From assembly GCA_963675595.2 (NCBI GenBank), contig CAXXLZ010000002.1, positions 3,936,001 to 4,000,000 on the forward strand: 64,000 nucleotides of DNA, given 5' to 3'. Numbering within the stretch: the first letter of the stretch is position 1; every line of letters begins with the position of its first letter. Positions 38,794-48,200 of the stretch are shown here, piece by piece. A program made the position numbers and the translations under genes. The DNA comes from Thermodesulfobacteriota bacterium (lineage in GTDB: Bacteria > Desulfobacterota > Desulfarculia > JACQYL01). A model generated the notes under the pieces. That model was not told where the DNA came from, searched no databases, and was given only the letters and a program-made list of their open reading frames with translations.

Positions 38794-40001
38794 CCTTGCG
38801 GCACAAGATGACCCTGGTGGCGGTTCTCTACTTTTCGGAAGGATTCCCCTTCGGCACGGTCTGGGATGTGTTGCCCGTATATTTTCGTTTTTCCGGGGTT
38901 TCACTGGAGGCCATCGGTCTGTTGAGCCTGGCCGGGCTTCCCTGGACCTTCAAGTTCCTTTGGTCCCCATTGGTGGACTATTTCGGCCGAATTCGGGATT
39001 GGATCTGGTCCGTTCAGTTTCTTCTGGCCGCTTCGCTGGTTTCCTTCGCTTTCGTTGATCCCGCCGGGCCGTCGGTATGGTTGTGGGTCGCCATATTGGG
39101 CATTGCCACTTTGTCCGCGACACAAGATATTGCGATTGATGCGTACACCATCCGGATACTATCGCGCGAGCAGATGGGGTTTGCCAATGGTGTTCGGGTT
39201 TCCGCCTATCGCGCGGCGCTCATCGTTTCCGGAGGAGCTTTGGTGGCGGTGGCCGGATGGTTGGGATGGAACTTCGTTTTCTTGACCTCGGCCGGCGTGA
39301 TGGCCGCTTGTGGGGTTTTGGTACTTGGGATGCCGAGAACGGGGGATGTCCGGAACGATCATCCCTCGGATGTGTTTTGGAAGCCCTTCGTGGATTTCCT
39401 TGCACGGCCCAAGGCTGTCCGAGCTTTGCTGTTCGTGCTCCTTTTCAAGCTCGGAGACATGGCGATGGGCCCCATGGTCCGGCCCTTCTGGGTGGATCGC
39501 GGGTTGTCGACTTCGGAAATCGGCCTGATTACAGGGACGGTCGGTCTCCTGGCCGCGGTGGCCGGCGCCCTCGTTGGCGGTGCCTACACCAGCCGAAAGG
39601 GAATTTTCCGGGGACTTTGGGTATTAGGGCTGTGGCAGGCGGTAAGCAACCTCGGATACGCCGCTGTGGCACGGTTTCCGGAATCGGGGCATTGGGGGGT
39701 GTATGGAGCCTCGATGGTTGAGTCTTTTTGTGGCGGACTGGGCACCGCATCCTTTCTGGCCTATTTGATGGCGGTGTGCAGAAAAGACATGGCTGCGACC
39801 CAATATGCCCTCTTGACCGCGTTATTCGGGTTGGCACGAACGGTATCCGGAGTGTCGAGCGGTTGGGCTACGGTCCATCTGGGTTATGCCTCGTACTTTG
39901 GATTTACATTTTTTCTGGCATTGCCCGCTTATCTACTGCTGCCTTCGGCGAAAACATGGCTCGACCGGGCTCCCGGAGCCTCCGAGGAACATCAGGCATA
40001 G
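38784..40001 (+). CDS. ampG: AmpG-family MFS permease
   Basis: LYFSEGFP, PWTFKFLWSPLVD, ATQDIAIDAY, ATQYALL; about 12 TM segments. Confidence 0.8.
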   Translation: MLITLRHKMTLVAVLYFSEGFPFGTVWDVLPVYFRFSGVSLEAIGLLSLAGLPWTFKFLWSPLVDYFGRIRDWIWSVQFLLAASLVSFAFVDPAGPSVWLWVAILGIATLSATQDIAIDAYTIRILSREQMGFANGVRVSAYRAALIVSGGALVAVAGWLGWNFVFLTSAGVMAACGVLVLGMPRTGDVRNDHPSDVFWKPFVDFLARPKAVRALLFVLLFKLGDMAMGPMVRPFWVDRGLSTSEIGLITGTVGLLAAVAGALVGGAYTSRKGIFRGLWVLGLWQAVSNLGYAAVARFPESGHWGVYGASMVESFCGGLGTASFLAYLMAVCRKDMAATQYALLTALFGLARTVSGVSSGWATVHLGYASYFGFTFFLALPAYLLLPSAKTWLDRAPGASEEHQA

Positions 40002-40096
40002 GGGTGCCGAGAGAGCCGCGGGAGTACGGTTTCGCACAACCTTTTTGTCGGGGTTCCGCAAACTTGCCCACGCGTATGGAAACAAGGGAGTATTGC

Positions 40097-41332
40097 ATGG
40101 AGGAGACCGCGGGCCGTCCACCCGCGGATCAGGCGACCCGACGGGCTCCGGAAGGAGACTCCGGGAACTCGGCCCTGGTCCGGCGCATCAAAAAGTATAT
40201 TTGGAGCCGTACACACCGGTTTCTGGCCATTTGCCCGCCCGGCCTCGAACCCGTGTGCAGGCGGGAACTGGAAGCGCTTGGGGTTCGGAACCTTTCGATG
40301 GCTCGAGGAGGCGTGGAATTCGAAGGTAGACTTGAATCGGCCTACTCTGCTAATCTCCATCTCCGATCGGCGAGTCGAGTGCTGATGAGATTCGCATTCT
40401 TTCGGGCGGGAGCTTATGAAGAGCTTTTTTCCCGTGCTTCCAAGCTGCCCTGGGAGACCGTGATCGACCCGAACTTGTCGCTTTCCTTTAATACCGTGCT
40501 TCGGCGGTCCCGGATCAGCCATTCGAGTAAGGCGGAAGAAGCCCTCAAAGATGCCGTCCGTCGGAGGTTTCAGGACGGTGGATTGTTCGTTGGGACCACT
40601 CCGCGGGAACCTCAGGAAATCTACCTGCGGGTTCAAGAGAACCAATGCCTTCTAAGCCTGGACACTACGGGATCGCATTTACGGTTCCGGGGATACCGTA
40701 CGGACGTGCGGCGGGCGCCTCTCCGCGAAAATCTGGCCGCCGGCTTATTGCTTTACCTGGATCGAAATCCGGATGCTCCGTTTCTGGACCCTATGTGCGG
40801 GTCAGGCACCATTCCGCTGGAAGCCGCCCTGATGGCAATGCGTCGTGCTCCGGGGTCGGACCGTTTTTTTGCTTTTATGAATTGGCCTTCATTCAGACAA
40901 CCGACGTGGGAGCATCTTCTCGGCCGAGCTCTAAACGCCGTAATGAAAGAGCCTCCTCCACGGTGCATGATTTTCGGTGCGGACGTCGACGAAGACGCGA
41001 TCGCGGCGGCCCGAGACAACGCGGGCCGTGCCGGAGCCGGAGCGTGGTGCTCCTTCGAACAGAAGGACTTTTTTTCTTCGAGGCCGCCTGCGGGCAAAGG
41101 TGCGCTGGCCGTCAACCCTCCCTATGGGAGGAGGGTTTCCGGTGATCAGGACCTCTCGCGATTCTATGCGGAGATCGGGGCGAAGCTCAGGGCGGACTAT
41201 GGAGGTTGGAAGATGCTTGTCTTGATTCCTTCGGAGGTGGAACCTTCGAAGCTCGGGATTGCCGCCGGCGAGACGATTCGACTCGATCATGGGGGAATCC
41301 GTATTCGAGCGGTGTTCGCTCGAGTTCCCTGA
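40097..41332 (+). CDS. THUMP-domain RNA methyltransferase (RlmL/YpsC-like)
   Basis: PGLE, ANLHLR.ASRV, LSLDTTG..L..RGYR, APLRENLA, DPMCGSGT, NPPYG. Confidence 0.88.
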   Translation: MEETAGRPPADQATRRAPEGDSGNSALVRRIKKYIWSRTHRFLAICPPGLEPVCRRELEALGVRNLSMARGGVEFEGRLESAYSANLHLRSASRVLMRFAFFRAGAYEELFSRASKLPWETVIDPNLSLSFNTVLRRSRISHSSKAEEALKDAVRRRFQDGGLFVGTTPREPQEIYLRVQENQCLLSLDTTGSHLRFRGYRTDVRRAPLRENLAAGLLLYLDRNPDAPFLDPMCGSGTIPLEAALMAMRRAPGSDRFFAFMNWPSFRQPTWEHLLGRALNAVMKEPPPRCMIFGADVDEDAIAAARDNAGRAGAGAWCSFEQKDFFSSRPPAGKGALAVNPPYGRRVSGDQDLSRFYAEIGAKLRADYGGWKMLVLIPSEVEPSKLGIAAGETIRLDHGGIRIRAVFARVP

Positions 41333-41418
41333 AATCGGAAAGCCTCCAGTCCCGAAAAAAAGTCGGCAAAGCCGTTTGCGACATTATCTTACTAATTCGA
41401 ACAAAGCGAAATCATCTT

Positions 41419-42054
41419 ATGGGGAACAATCTTACTTGGTTCGACGGATTCGTGACGAGGGCGGATCGGGAGTGCCTTCGGGGGCATAAGGCATTTGTTC
41501 TTTGGTTCACCGGGCTTTCGGCGTCGGGAAAGTCCACCATCGCTCACCATACCGAGAAGCTGCTTCATCTGAAGGGCTTGGCCACCTATGTGTTCGACGG
41601 GGACAACGTGCGGCACGGCCTTTGCTCGGATCTGGGATTCAGCGACGCAGACCGGAAAGAGAACATCCGCAGGATCGGAGAAATGATCAAGCTGTTTGTG
41701 GATGCTAATGTGATTACGTTGACCTCTTTCATTTCGCCGTTCAAGGAGGATCGGGATCGCATCCGCGCTCTGTTTCCCGAGGGAGAGTTCTTGGAGGTGT
41801 ATGTGAGTTGCCCGGTCGATGTCTGTGCGGCCAGGGACAAGAAGGGACTCTACGCCAAAGCACGGGCCGGCCTGATTGAGAATTTCACCGGGATTTCATC
41901 GCCGTATGAGCCGCCGGAGAACGCGGAAATCGTGGTGCACTCCAATTTGGACGGCCCCATGGATGCGGCGAAGAAGATCATGGCCTACTTGGAGGCATCC
42001 GGGCGTTTGAGCGCGTTGGCCGGTGAAATGCTGCGGGAAATGCCGGGGCGCTGA
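41419..42054 (+). CDS. cysC: Adenylyl-sulfate (APS) kinase
   Basis: WFTGLSASGKST, DGDNVRHGL, DRKENIRR, FISP, KGLY.KA, FTGIS.PYE.P. Confidence 0.95.
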   Translation: MGNNLTWFDGFVTRADRECLRGHKAFVLWFTGLSASGKSTIAHHTEKLLHLKGLATYVFDGDNVRHGLCSDLGFSDADRKENIRRIGEMIKLFVDANVITLTSFISPFKEDRDRIRALFPEGEFLEVYVSCPVDVCAARDKKGLYAKARAGLIENFTGISSPYEPPENAEIVVHSNLDGPMDAAKKIMAYLEASGRLSALAGEMLREMPGR

Positions 42055-42206
42055 TGCCTGAACGGGCCGGCGGGATTCGCCCCTTTTCCTCCGAAGCCTG
42101 ACCCCGCGTCTGTTCTCTTGTGCTCGATTTTGCGCTTCGAAGTACGGTATCGTTTTCGGGGTCGGCCGCAGGGGGCTGCCGTGAGGATGGTTAGGTTTGT
42201 TTGTGA

Positions 42207-42222
42207 TGGCATGATTCCTGCT
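42207..42222 (+). promoter_or_regulatory. Sigma54 (-24/-12) promoter upstream of the EPS locus
   Basis: TGGCATGATTCCTGCT has exact GG-N10-GC spacing and is close to the TGGCACG-N4-TTGC consensus. Confidence 0.7.
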
Positions 42223-42253
42223 TAAAACAAAGTGGGGTGAGTGTCCCTCCTGG

Positions 42254-42333
42254 CCGGCCGTTTCAAAGTGGGGCGGTTCCGAACTCCGGCAACACGGCTT
42301 TGGTGGATTGTTACCCTAAGGGGTACCGGGTTT
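42254..42333 (+). repeat. Copy A of a degenerate non-coding repeat, possibly a structured RNA
   Basis: CCGGCCG..AAGTGGGG..CGAACTCCGG...GGGTAC-CGGGTTT, colinear with 45044-45120. Confidence 0.6.
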
Positions 42334-42515
42334 ATCCGGCAGGTGCGGAATGTATTGGTTCGATCGGAAGGCTCGGCTCGTTGCGTGAGCGAAGCTCGGC
42401 CGACGGTCTTTGCGATGACGACGGCTGTTTGACCGTCGGCCGTTCGAAAGATCGCTCAAGGCTCCGGGCGCGGGTAATTCTCCGAGGTTGCCGATCGTAG
42501 GTAGGAAGGTGGCGT

Positions 42516-45026
42516 ATGGGTTTACGAGCATTTAAGATGTATGGTTTGGGTTTCGTTCTATGGTTGCTTTTTACGGCTACCGCATCCTGGGCGATTCCAC
42601 CGTTGGCTCCTTATGTCTACCAGGAAGACTTCGAGACATCGGATCCGTTCGAATATTGGGTTTCCAATGGAAGTTATACGGTGAACTCGAAGGGGATCAC
42701 TTCTGAAAAGTCCTCGGTTGGAGCCAAATCATTCAAGCTCGATATTTCGCTGGATTCCGCGACGTACGTCTATTTCATGATTCCGGTGGATATCCCGAGC
42801 GTGGGAACGTTGAGCTTTAAGGGCGACATCTATATCCAAAGCATAACAGGCGGGCTTTCGGCCTCACTGGGAACCAATGCGACGCATCATCCGTATTCGA
42901 ACAGCTGGGTGAACGTGATCCAGAAACTCGGAACCGCCGGCGGTAGTTGGACCACGCAGTCAAGCAACCTGGCAGCGGAGTACGAAACTAGAGCGACCAG
43001 CGTGGTCGCGAGCAAACTGGGCGGAGCCACCATCGACGACGTTGGGAGATGGACGAACAAGATCGTGTTATACTTGTATGCCTCGTCTCCGGGAAGAATC
43101 GTATTGTATATAGACAATGTCGTGGTCGAAGGACAAATACCGTCGGCATCCGAATACGAGACCTTCACCCAGTCCGCATGGCAGAGCTATCTCACTCGAA
43201 TTCAGAGTGAAGTGAATACCATGGCGGACGTCGTTACCTCCTTCGACCGGCAATTGGAGGATTCCGAGGAGTCGGCATACCTTCAGACCGCGCAAGCGAG
43301 GACGGTCGAAATCAAGAATTCGGTGGCGTCACGAGGGTATGCCACCCCGGCGGAATATACCGAGCTAAAAGAATACTACGCCACGGTCCCGGGTTTGGGA
43401 CAAGTAAGCGCGACGGAATCCGCTATGGCCGTCTATCCTTGGCCGGCGATTACCGACGCGATGGTGCTTCCCGACTCGTATCCCATTCCCGCAAGTGTGG
43501 GGGACAACCTTTCGCTAAAGGCCTGCAGGGGCGAATACGAACCGGTCAGTTTCATACTTCGGGCATTGCGGCCTCTGTCCAACGTGCGGATTGCCTGGAC
43601 GGATTTGGTCGGTTCCGGCGGAGGCACCATACCGGCGTCTGAAGTGGACATACGACTCGTCAAGTGTTGGTACCAATCGGGTAGGGATTCGATCCTCCCG
43701 GGGGCGAAGGTGCTGGTGCCCGAGCTGCTGCTGAAGGACGACGACTTGGTGCGTGTGGACACGGTTGCGCAAACCAACGCCTTGAGGGTTACCGTGGGCG
43801 GGCAACAGCAATATGTTGACATCACTTCCGCGACTTCGGTGATACCCGACGGTGCGGTTCTGAGCGACGCGTCGTCGCTGCAGCCCTTCAACCTCGATGA
43901 AGACAGGAACAAACAAGTCTGGATCACCGTGCATGTTCCGGAAACCGCGGCTGCGGGATCCTATCAGGGAACCGTGGAGGTGTCGCCGGAAAACGAAAGC
44001 ACCCGGGTTTTGACCTTGTCGGTGGAAGTGCTTTCTTTTGAACTGAAGCCTTCGATCCTTGAATACGGCCTGTATTACCGCGGCAAACTCGATAGCAATC
44101 CCGGGTCGGCGCTGACTTCCGAGAAGAAGTCGAGCACATTGTATCGCAAGGAAATCGAGGACATGAAGCGGCACGGGGTGCTGTATCCCACTCTGTACAA
44201 CCACAACACCATGATGGACCAGGTGTTGTCCATACGCAATGAAGTGGGCCTACCCCAAGACAAGTACTACAGTTGCGGGCTTTCCACCGGGAATCCCACG
44301 GACGCGGATGGGCTTGCCGCTCTCAAGCTGAAGGTGACGGAACAAATCGCGCTGGCGCGGCAATACGGCTACGATGAGGTGTATGCCTATGGCAAGGATG
44401 AAGCGGTGGGAGATGCCTTGTTGTCTCAGCGGGCTGCGTGGCAGGCCGTGCACGAAGCGGGCGGCAAAGTGTTCGTCGCTTGTGACGAGGGGGCCGCGGA
44501 CCTCATGGGAGACCTTCTGGACACGGCGGTCCTTCATGGGTATAAACCGGACGAGGTTGCGAAGTGGCACCAATACGGCAAACGGGTTCTAAAGTACCAT
44601 AGCCCTCAAGTGGGCGAGGAAAACCCCCTCAGCTACAGGCAGGAGTACGGTTTGAAGCTTTGGTGCGGCGGCTATGACGGCGCCATGAATTATGCGTATC
44701 AACACGGATTCGGACATGTGTGGAACGACTTCGACAGTGATCGTTACCGTGACCACGTGTTTGCCTACCCCACTTCCGATGGTGTGATCGATACGGTCGA
44801 GTGGGAAGGATTTCGTGAGGCCGTAGACGATACTCGATATCTTTCCACGTGGCTCTCCCGTGTCTCCGATACCGCATCCGTAAAGGACTGGGTGTGCACG
44901 CAGGTTTCCCATGGAAGCGATCTTTCCGAAGTACGGGCCTCGATGATAGAGACGATTTTGGGGCTGCCGTCCGTGAGTGTCCCTGTAATGTCTCCGCCGG
45001 CCAACCTTCAAGTGCTGGAACGGTAG
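42516..45026 (+). CDS. Large secreted protein, probably carbohydrate-active (CBM-like N-terminus, GH123/DUF4091-like catalytic region)
   Basis: Signal peptide ending ASWA; RGEYEPVSF, QVWITVHVP...AG.YQG, YGKDE, EWEGFREAVDD.RY; Ser/Thr/Tyr-rich. Confidence 0.65.
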   Translation: MGLRAFKMYGLGFVLWLLFTATASWAIPPLAPYVYQEDFETSDPFEYWVSNGSYTVNSKGITSEKSSVGAKSFKLDISLDSATYVYFMIPVDIPSVGTLSFKGDIYIQSITGGLSASLGTNATHHPYSNSWVNVIQKLGTAGGSWTTQSSNLAAEYETRATSVVASKLGGATIDDVGRWTNKIVLYLYASSPGRIVLYIDNVVVEGQIPSASEYETFTQSAWQSYLTRIQSEVNTMADVVTSFDRQLEDSEESAYLQTAQARTVEIKNSVASRGYATPAEYTELKEYYATVPGLGQVSATESAMAVYPWPAITDAMVLPDSYPIPASVGDNLSLKACRGEYEPVSFILRALRPLSNVRIAWTDLVGSGGGTIPASEVDIRLVKCWYQSGRDSILPGAKVLVPELLLKDDDLVRVDTVAQTNALRVTVGGQQQYVDITSATSVIPDGAVLSDASSLQPFNLDEDRNKQVWITVHVPETAAAGSYQGTVEVSPENESTRVLTLSVEVLSFELKPSILEYGLYYRGKLDSNPGSALTSEKKSSTLYRKEIEDMKRHGVLYPTLYNHNTMMDQVLSIRNEVGLPQDKYYSCGLSTGNPTDADGLAALKLKVTEQIALARQYGYDEVYAYGKDEAVGDALLSQRAAWQAVHEAGGKVFVACDEGAADLMGDLLDTAVLHGYKPDEVAKWHQYGKRVLKYHSPQVGEENPLSYRQEYGLKLWCGGYDGAMNYAYQHGFGHVWNDFDSDRYRDHVFAYPTSDGVIDTVEWEGFREAVDDTRYLSTWLSRVSDTASVKDWVCTQVSHGSDLSEVRASMIETILGLPSVSVPVMSPPANLQVLER

Positions 45027-45043
45027 GATATCGTTTCGGCGAC

Positions 45044-45120
45044 CCGGCCGATTGAAGTGGGGTCAAGCGCGAACTCCGGGGGAGGGACCTTCCCTCCTCC
45101 GCAGAGGGTACGCCGGGTTT
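45044..45120 (+). repeat. Copy B of the same non-coding repeat
   Basis: CCGGCCG..AAGTGGGG..CGAACTCCGG...GGGTACGCCGGGTTT, enclosed by the stem GTTTCGGC (45033-45040)/GCCGAAAC (45226-45233). Confidence 0.6.
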
Positions 45121-45246
45121 GGTGATCGGCGATCTCCCTGGTTCCAGTCGCTAAGTAATTCTCGGGACCGGAGTCGTTTTGGTCCCCGCACGGAGCGGTC
45201 CGAGCCGCCATTCAGGATCGGGTGAGCCGAAACACAAAGATGGCGA

Positions 45247-46608
45247 ATGCCGAAAAATCTATATCAACTCGTTATTGGCTCCAGTGAGCTTAGAAAAGAG
45301 CTTTCTCGTGGAGCGATAACGAGCCTCGGGCTCAGGTTCGCCAGCGGGCTCCTGAATTTCGTTGTTTCCATTATTCTTGCGCGAACCCTTCTTCCCGAAG
45401 GTTACGGAGTCTACGCTTTTACCCTTTCCACCATCGCCTTCCTGGCCGTACCCGTGCAAATGGGTATTCCTACCTTGGTGACCCGTGAAGTCGCGCGGTA
45501 TCATCTGATGCATCAGTGGGGGCTCTTGCGCGGGCTTCTTTTGCGGTCCTATCAGGTGGTCGTAATTCTTTCCCTCGCCACCGCACTAGTAGCCGGGGTC
45601 GTGGTGTGGTGGTTGGCGGAAAGCGGAACCACCGAATTCGATCCGTCCGCATTCCTGTGGGCCCTTCCTCTGCTTTTCCTGAACCCCGCCAATCGTCTTC
45701 AAGAAGCGACCCTCATGGCGTTGCGGCGGGTGGCGCAGGCCATGACTCCAAGCATGGCCGTCAGACCCGTGGTCTTTCTGGGCCTTTTGGGAATCGCCGT
45801 TATGGTCGGAGGATTGATGCCGAGCCACGCCATAGCCCTCTACTGCGCTTCGGGTGGAGTGGCTTTCATCGTGGGGCGGTTTTTCTTGGTTCAAGGCCTT
45901 CCCGAAGAGGTCCGAGCCGCTTCTTCGAGCTATGAAACCAAAGCGTGGGCGAGAAGCATCCTGCCCTTATCCATGATCACCGGCCTGGGAGTGATTAATG
46001 GACAAACCGATCTGTTCATGCTGGGCACGCTTTCCTCTCAGGAAGAAGTCGGCCTCTACAGAGTGGCCTTTTCTTGCGCCACATTGGTTATTTATGTCTT
46101 GGGAGCGGTGAACTCCGTGCTGGCGCCGCACATCTCTCGGCTTCACCGTTCGGGAGATTTCGCCCGGCTTCAGAAGATGGTTACGAGAAGTGCACAAATC
46201 GTTCTCGCTGCGGCGATTCCCGTGGCCGGAGGCTTCATTCTCTTCGGCAAACCTTTTCTGGAACTGGTTTACGGAGCGGCCTATCGTGGAAGCTACGGAC
46301 CTTTGGCCGTATTGTGCATCGCGCAGCTGGTGAATGCCGCTGTTGGGGCGACACACGACATCCTGAACATGACGGGGAAGGAGAAGGAGACGCTGAAAGG
46401 AGTGGCTCTCGCCGCAATACTCAATGTAGTCTTGAACGCCCTCCTGATTCCCCCTTACGGCTCTCAGGGGGCGGCGTACGCCACGGGAGTGAGCATTGCC
46501 GTCGTGAATGTATTCCTCTGGCACAAGGTACTGACCCGAGTCGGCCTGGAGAGCAGCGCTTTGGCGGTTCGCGGTCTTTTCGGATGGAAGGGGCGAGGGA
46601 AGGATTAG
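45247..46608 (+). CDS. wzx: Wzx polysaccharide flippase
   Basis: LARTL.PEGYGVY, TDLFMLG....EVGLY, LN.LLIP.YG..GAA.AT; many TM segments. Confidence 0.88.
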   Translation: MPKNLYQLVIGSSELRKELSRGAITSLGLRFASGLLNFVVSIILARTLLPEGYGVYAFTLSTIAFLAVPVQMGIPTLVTREVARYHLMHQWGLLRGLLLRSYQVVVILSLATALVAGVVVWWLAESGTTEFDPSAFLWALPLLFLNPANRLQEATLMALRRVAQAMTPSMAVRPVVFLGLLGIAVMVGGLMPSHAIALYCASGGVAFIVGRFFLVQGLPEEVRAASSSYETKAWARSILPLSMITGLGVINGQTDLFMLGTLSSQEEVGLYRVAFSCATLVIYVLGAVNSVLAPHISRLHRSGDFARLQKMVTRSAQIVLAAAIPVAGGFILFGKPFLELVYGAAYRGSYGPLAVLCIAQLVNAAVGATHDILNMTGKEKETLKGVALAAILNVVLNALLIPPYGSQGAAYATGVSIAVVNVFLWHKVLTRVGLESSALAVRGLFGWKGRGKD

Positions 46609-46862
46609 ATGGTGGTTTGTCCTCTTTCCGTACCGTATTCCAGGCTGTTGGAGATTTGATTGACAAGTTCTTGGAGGGGCAAGTACCGTTGTTGGGTCGA
46701 CGGGTCGGACGATCGAGCCTTTCGACAATGATTCGGCAGGCTGTGCCGCGTTTTCCTCGAACGGGAAGGTGATCTGTTGATTCCGCTGTTGACATGGATG
46801 TTCGGTATGCTCCTCGCGGAAGCCTGTGGAGGAGTGCCCCGCCTGCAAAGTGAGGCCTCTCA

Positions 46863-47987
46863 ATGAGAACGGCCTTTCTTCTTCCAAACCTTGCGGGGGG
46901 AGGCGCGGAACGTGTCCTGTTGACCGTGGCGGATTTTTTGAGCGGTGAGGGGCACAGGGTTGATTTGGTGCTCATGGCGGTCCGAGGGGAATACCTGAAG
47001 GACGTGCCGGGGTCGGTAAATATTGTGAACCTCGGTTGCCCTCGTCTGTGGACCAGTCTGCCCGCCTTTGCCGGATATCTGAGAAGAAACCGTCCGGACA
47101 GCGTGCTGTCCGCCATGCCTCTCGCCAACGGTATCGCCGCGTGGGCGCGGGTAGTCTCACGAGTGGATACGCGTCTGATTCTTTCCGAACGGAATATTCG
47201 CAGCTTGACATTCGGCGACGGGGCTACGCCAAAGCGCTACGCGGCACTCCAATACCCCATCCGCTGGTCGTACCATTGGGCGGACGACGTGATAGCGGTT
47301 TCCGGAGGTGTTGCGGAGCGGGTCCGCAAACTCCCGCGAATGAGACCCGAGCGCGTCCATGTGGTCCATAACCCCGTGGATGGACGGAAGATCGAGAATC
47401 GAGCTTCGGAATCCGCCAACCATCCCTGGTTCGAAGACCGTTCCGTACCCGTGGTCTTGGGCGTGGGCCGTTTGGTCGCCCAGAAGGATTTCGGCACCTT
47501 GATTCGTGCTTTCCGGTTGGTGCGCAAACGCAGAGAGGCCAAGCTGATTATTTTGGGGGAGGGAAAGGAAAGAGATGCGCTGGAGCGCCTAACGACCGAA
47601 TTCGGTTTGCGGGATTCCGTGGATTTGCCGGGCTTCGTGGCCAATCCGTGGGCCTATATGGCGCGATCGAAGGTCTTCGTCCTTTCCTCCATCCACGAGG
47701 GATTCGGAAACGTCCTCGTGGAGGCCATGGCTTGCGGGACTCCCGTAGTGAGCACCGACTGTCCTTTCGGGCCGGCGGACATTTTGGATCATGGTGCATA
47801 CGGGCCTCTGATTCCCGTGAGTGACGCTTCGGCTCTTGCAATCGGCATTGTTCGAATGCTGGATGAACCCACACCATCGGAACTGCTTAAATCCCGCGCG
47901 AAAGAATTCGGAGTGGAGAAGGCGTGCCGGAGGTATCTGGATTTGTTGGATCCGCTTCGGAGCAAGCCGGATGCCCAAGCATCTTAA
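46863..47987 (+). CDS. GT4 glycosyltransferase
   Basis: GGGAER, VGRL..QK, EGFGNVLVEAMACG.PVV.TDC. Confidence 0.92.
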   Translation: MRTAFLLPNLAGGGAERVLLTVADFLSGEGHRVDLVLMAVRGEYLKDVPGSVNIVNLGCPRLWTSLPAFAGYLRRNRPDSVLSAMPLANGIAAWARVVSRVDTRLILSERNIRSLTFGDGATPKRYAALQYPIRWSYHWADDVIAVSGGVAERVRKLPRMRPERVHVVHNPVDGRKIENRASESANHPWFEDRSVPVVLGVGRLVAQKDFGTLIRAFRLVRKRREAKLIILGEGKERDALERLTTEFGLRDSVDLPGFVANPWAYMARSKVFVLSSIHEGFGNVLVEAMACGTPVVSTDCPFGPADILDHGAYGPLIPVSDASALAIGIVRMLDEPTPSELLKSRAKEFGVEKACRRYLDLLDPLRSKPDAQAS

Positions 47988-48200
47988 GCCGGATGAAAGA
48001 ATGTTGTTTTCCCGGGCGAGCCGCCGGCGGGTTTGTCCTCATGTCCCACTCCAAAGGGGCTTCGGTATCGTGCGCAGCCTTCACGCCTCCGTCGGACCTC
48101 CGGATAGGGCGGATGGGACCGTCGAGGGAAGACTGTCGCTGCGGCCGAGCTTCGATGGATTCCCCAGGAAGTTCGACGATTTCATGTGAGCGAGTGAAAG

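Noticed and set aside
42436-42495. c-di-GMP-I (GEMM) riboswitch in the EPS leader; a similar idea at 30500-30540
   Set aside because: GAAA loops and GGTTGCCGA are present, but the GGCAAA, GACGCAAA and CTAA core elements are missing.
42939-42946. ops element GGCGGTAG
   Set aside because: It lies inside a CDS (Gly-Gly-Ser codons), lacks the following nnTG, and one 8-mer is expected by chance.
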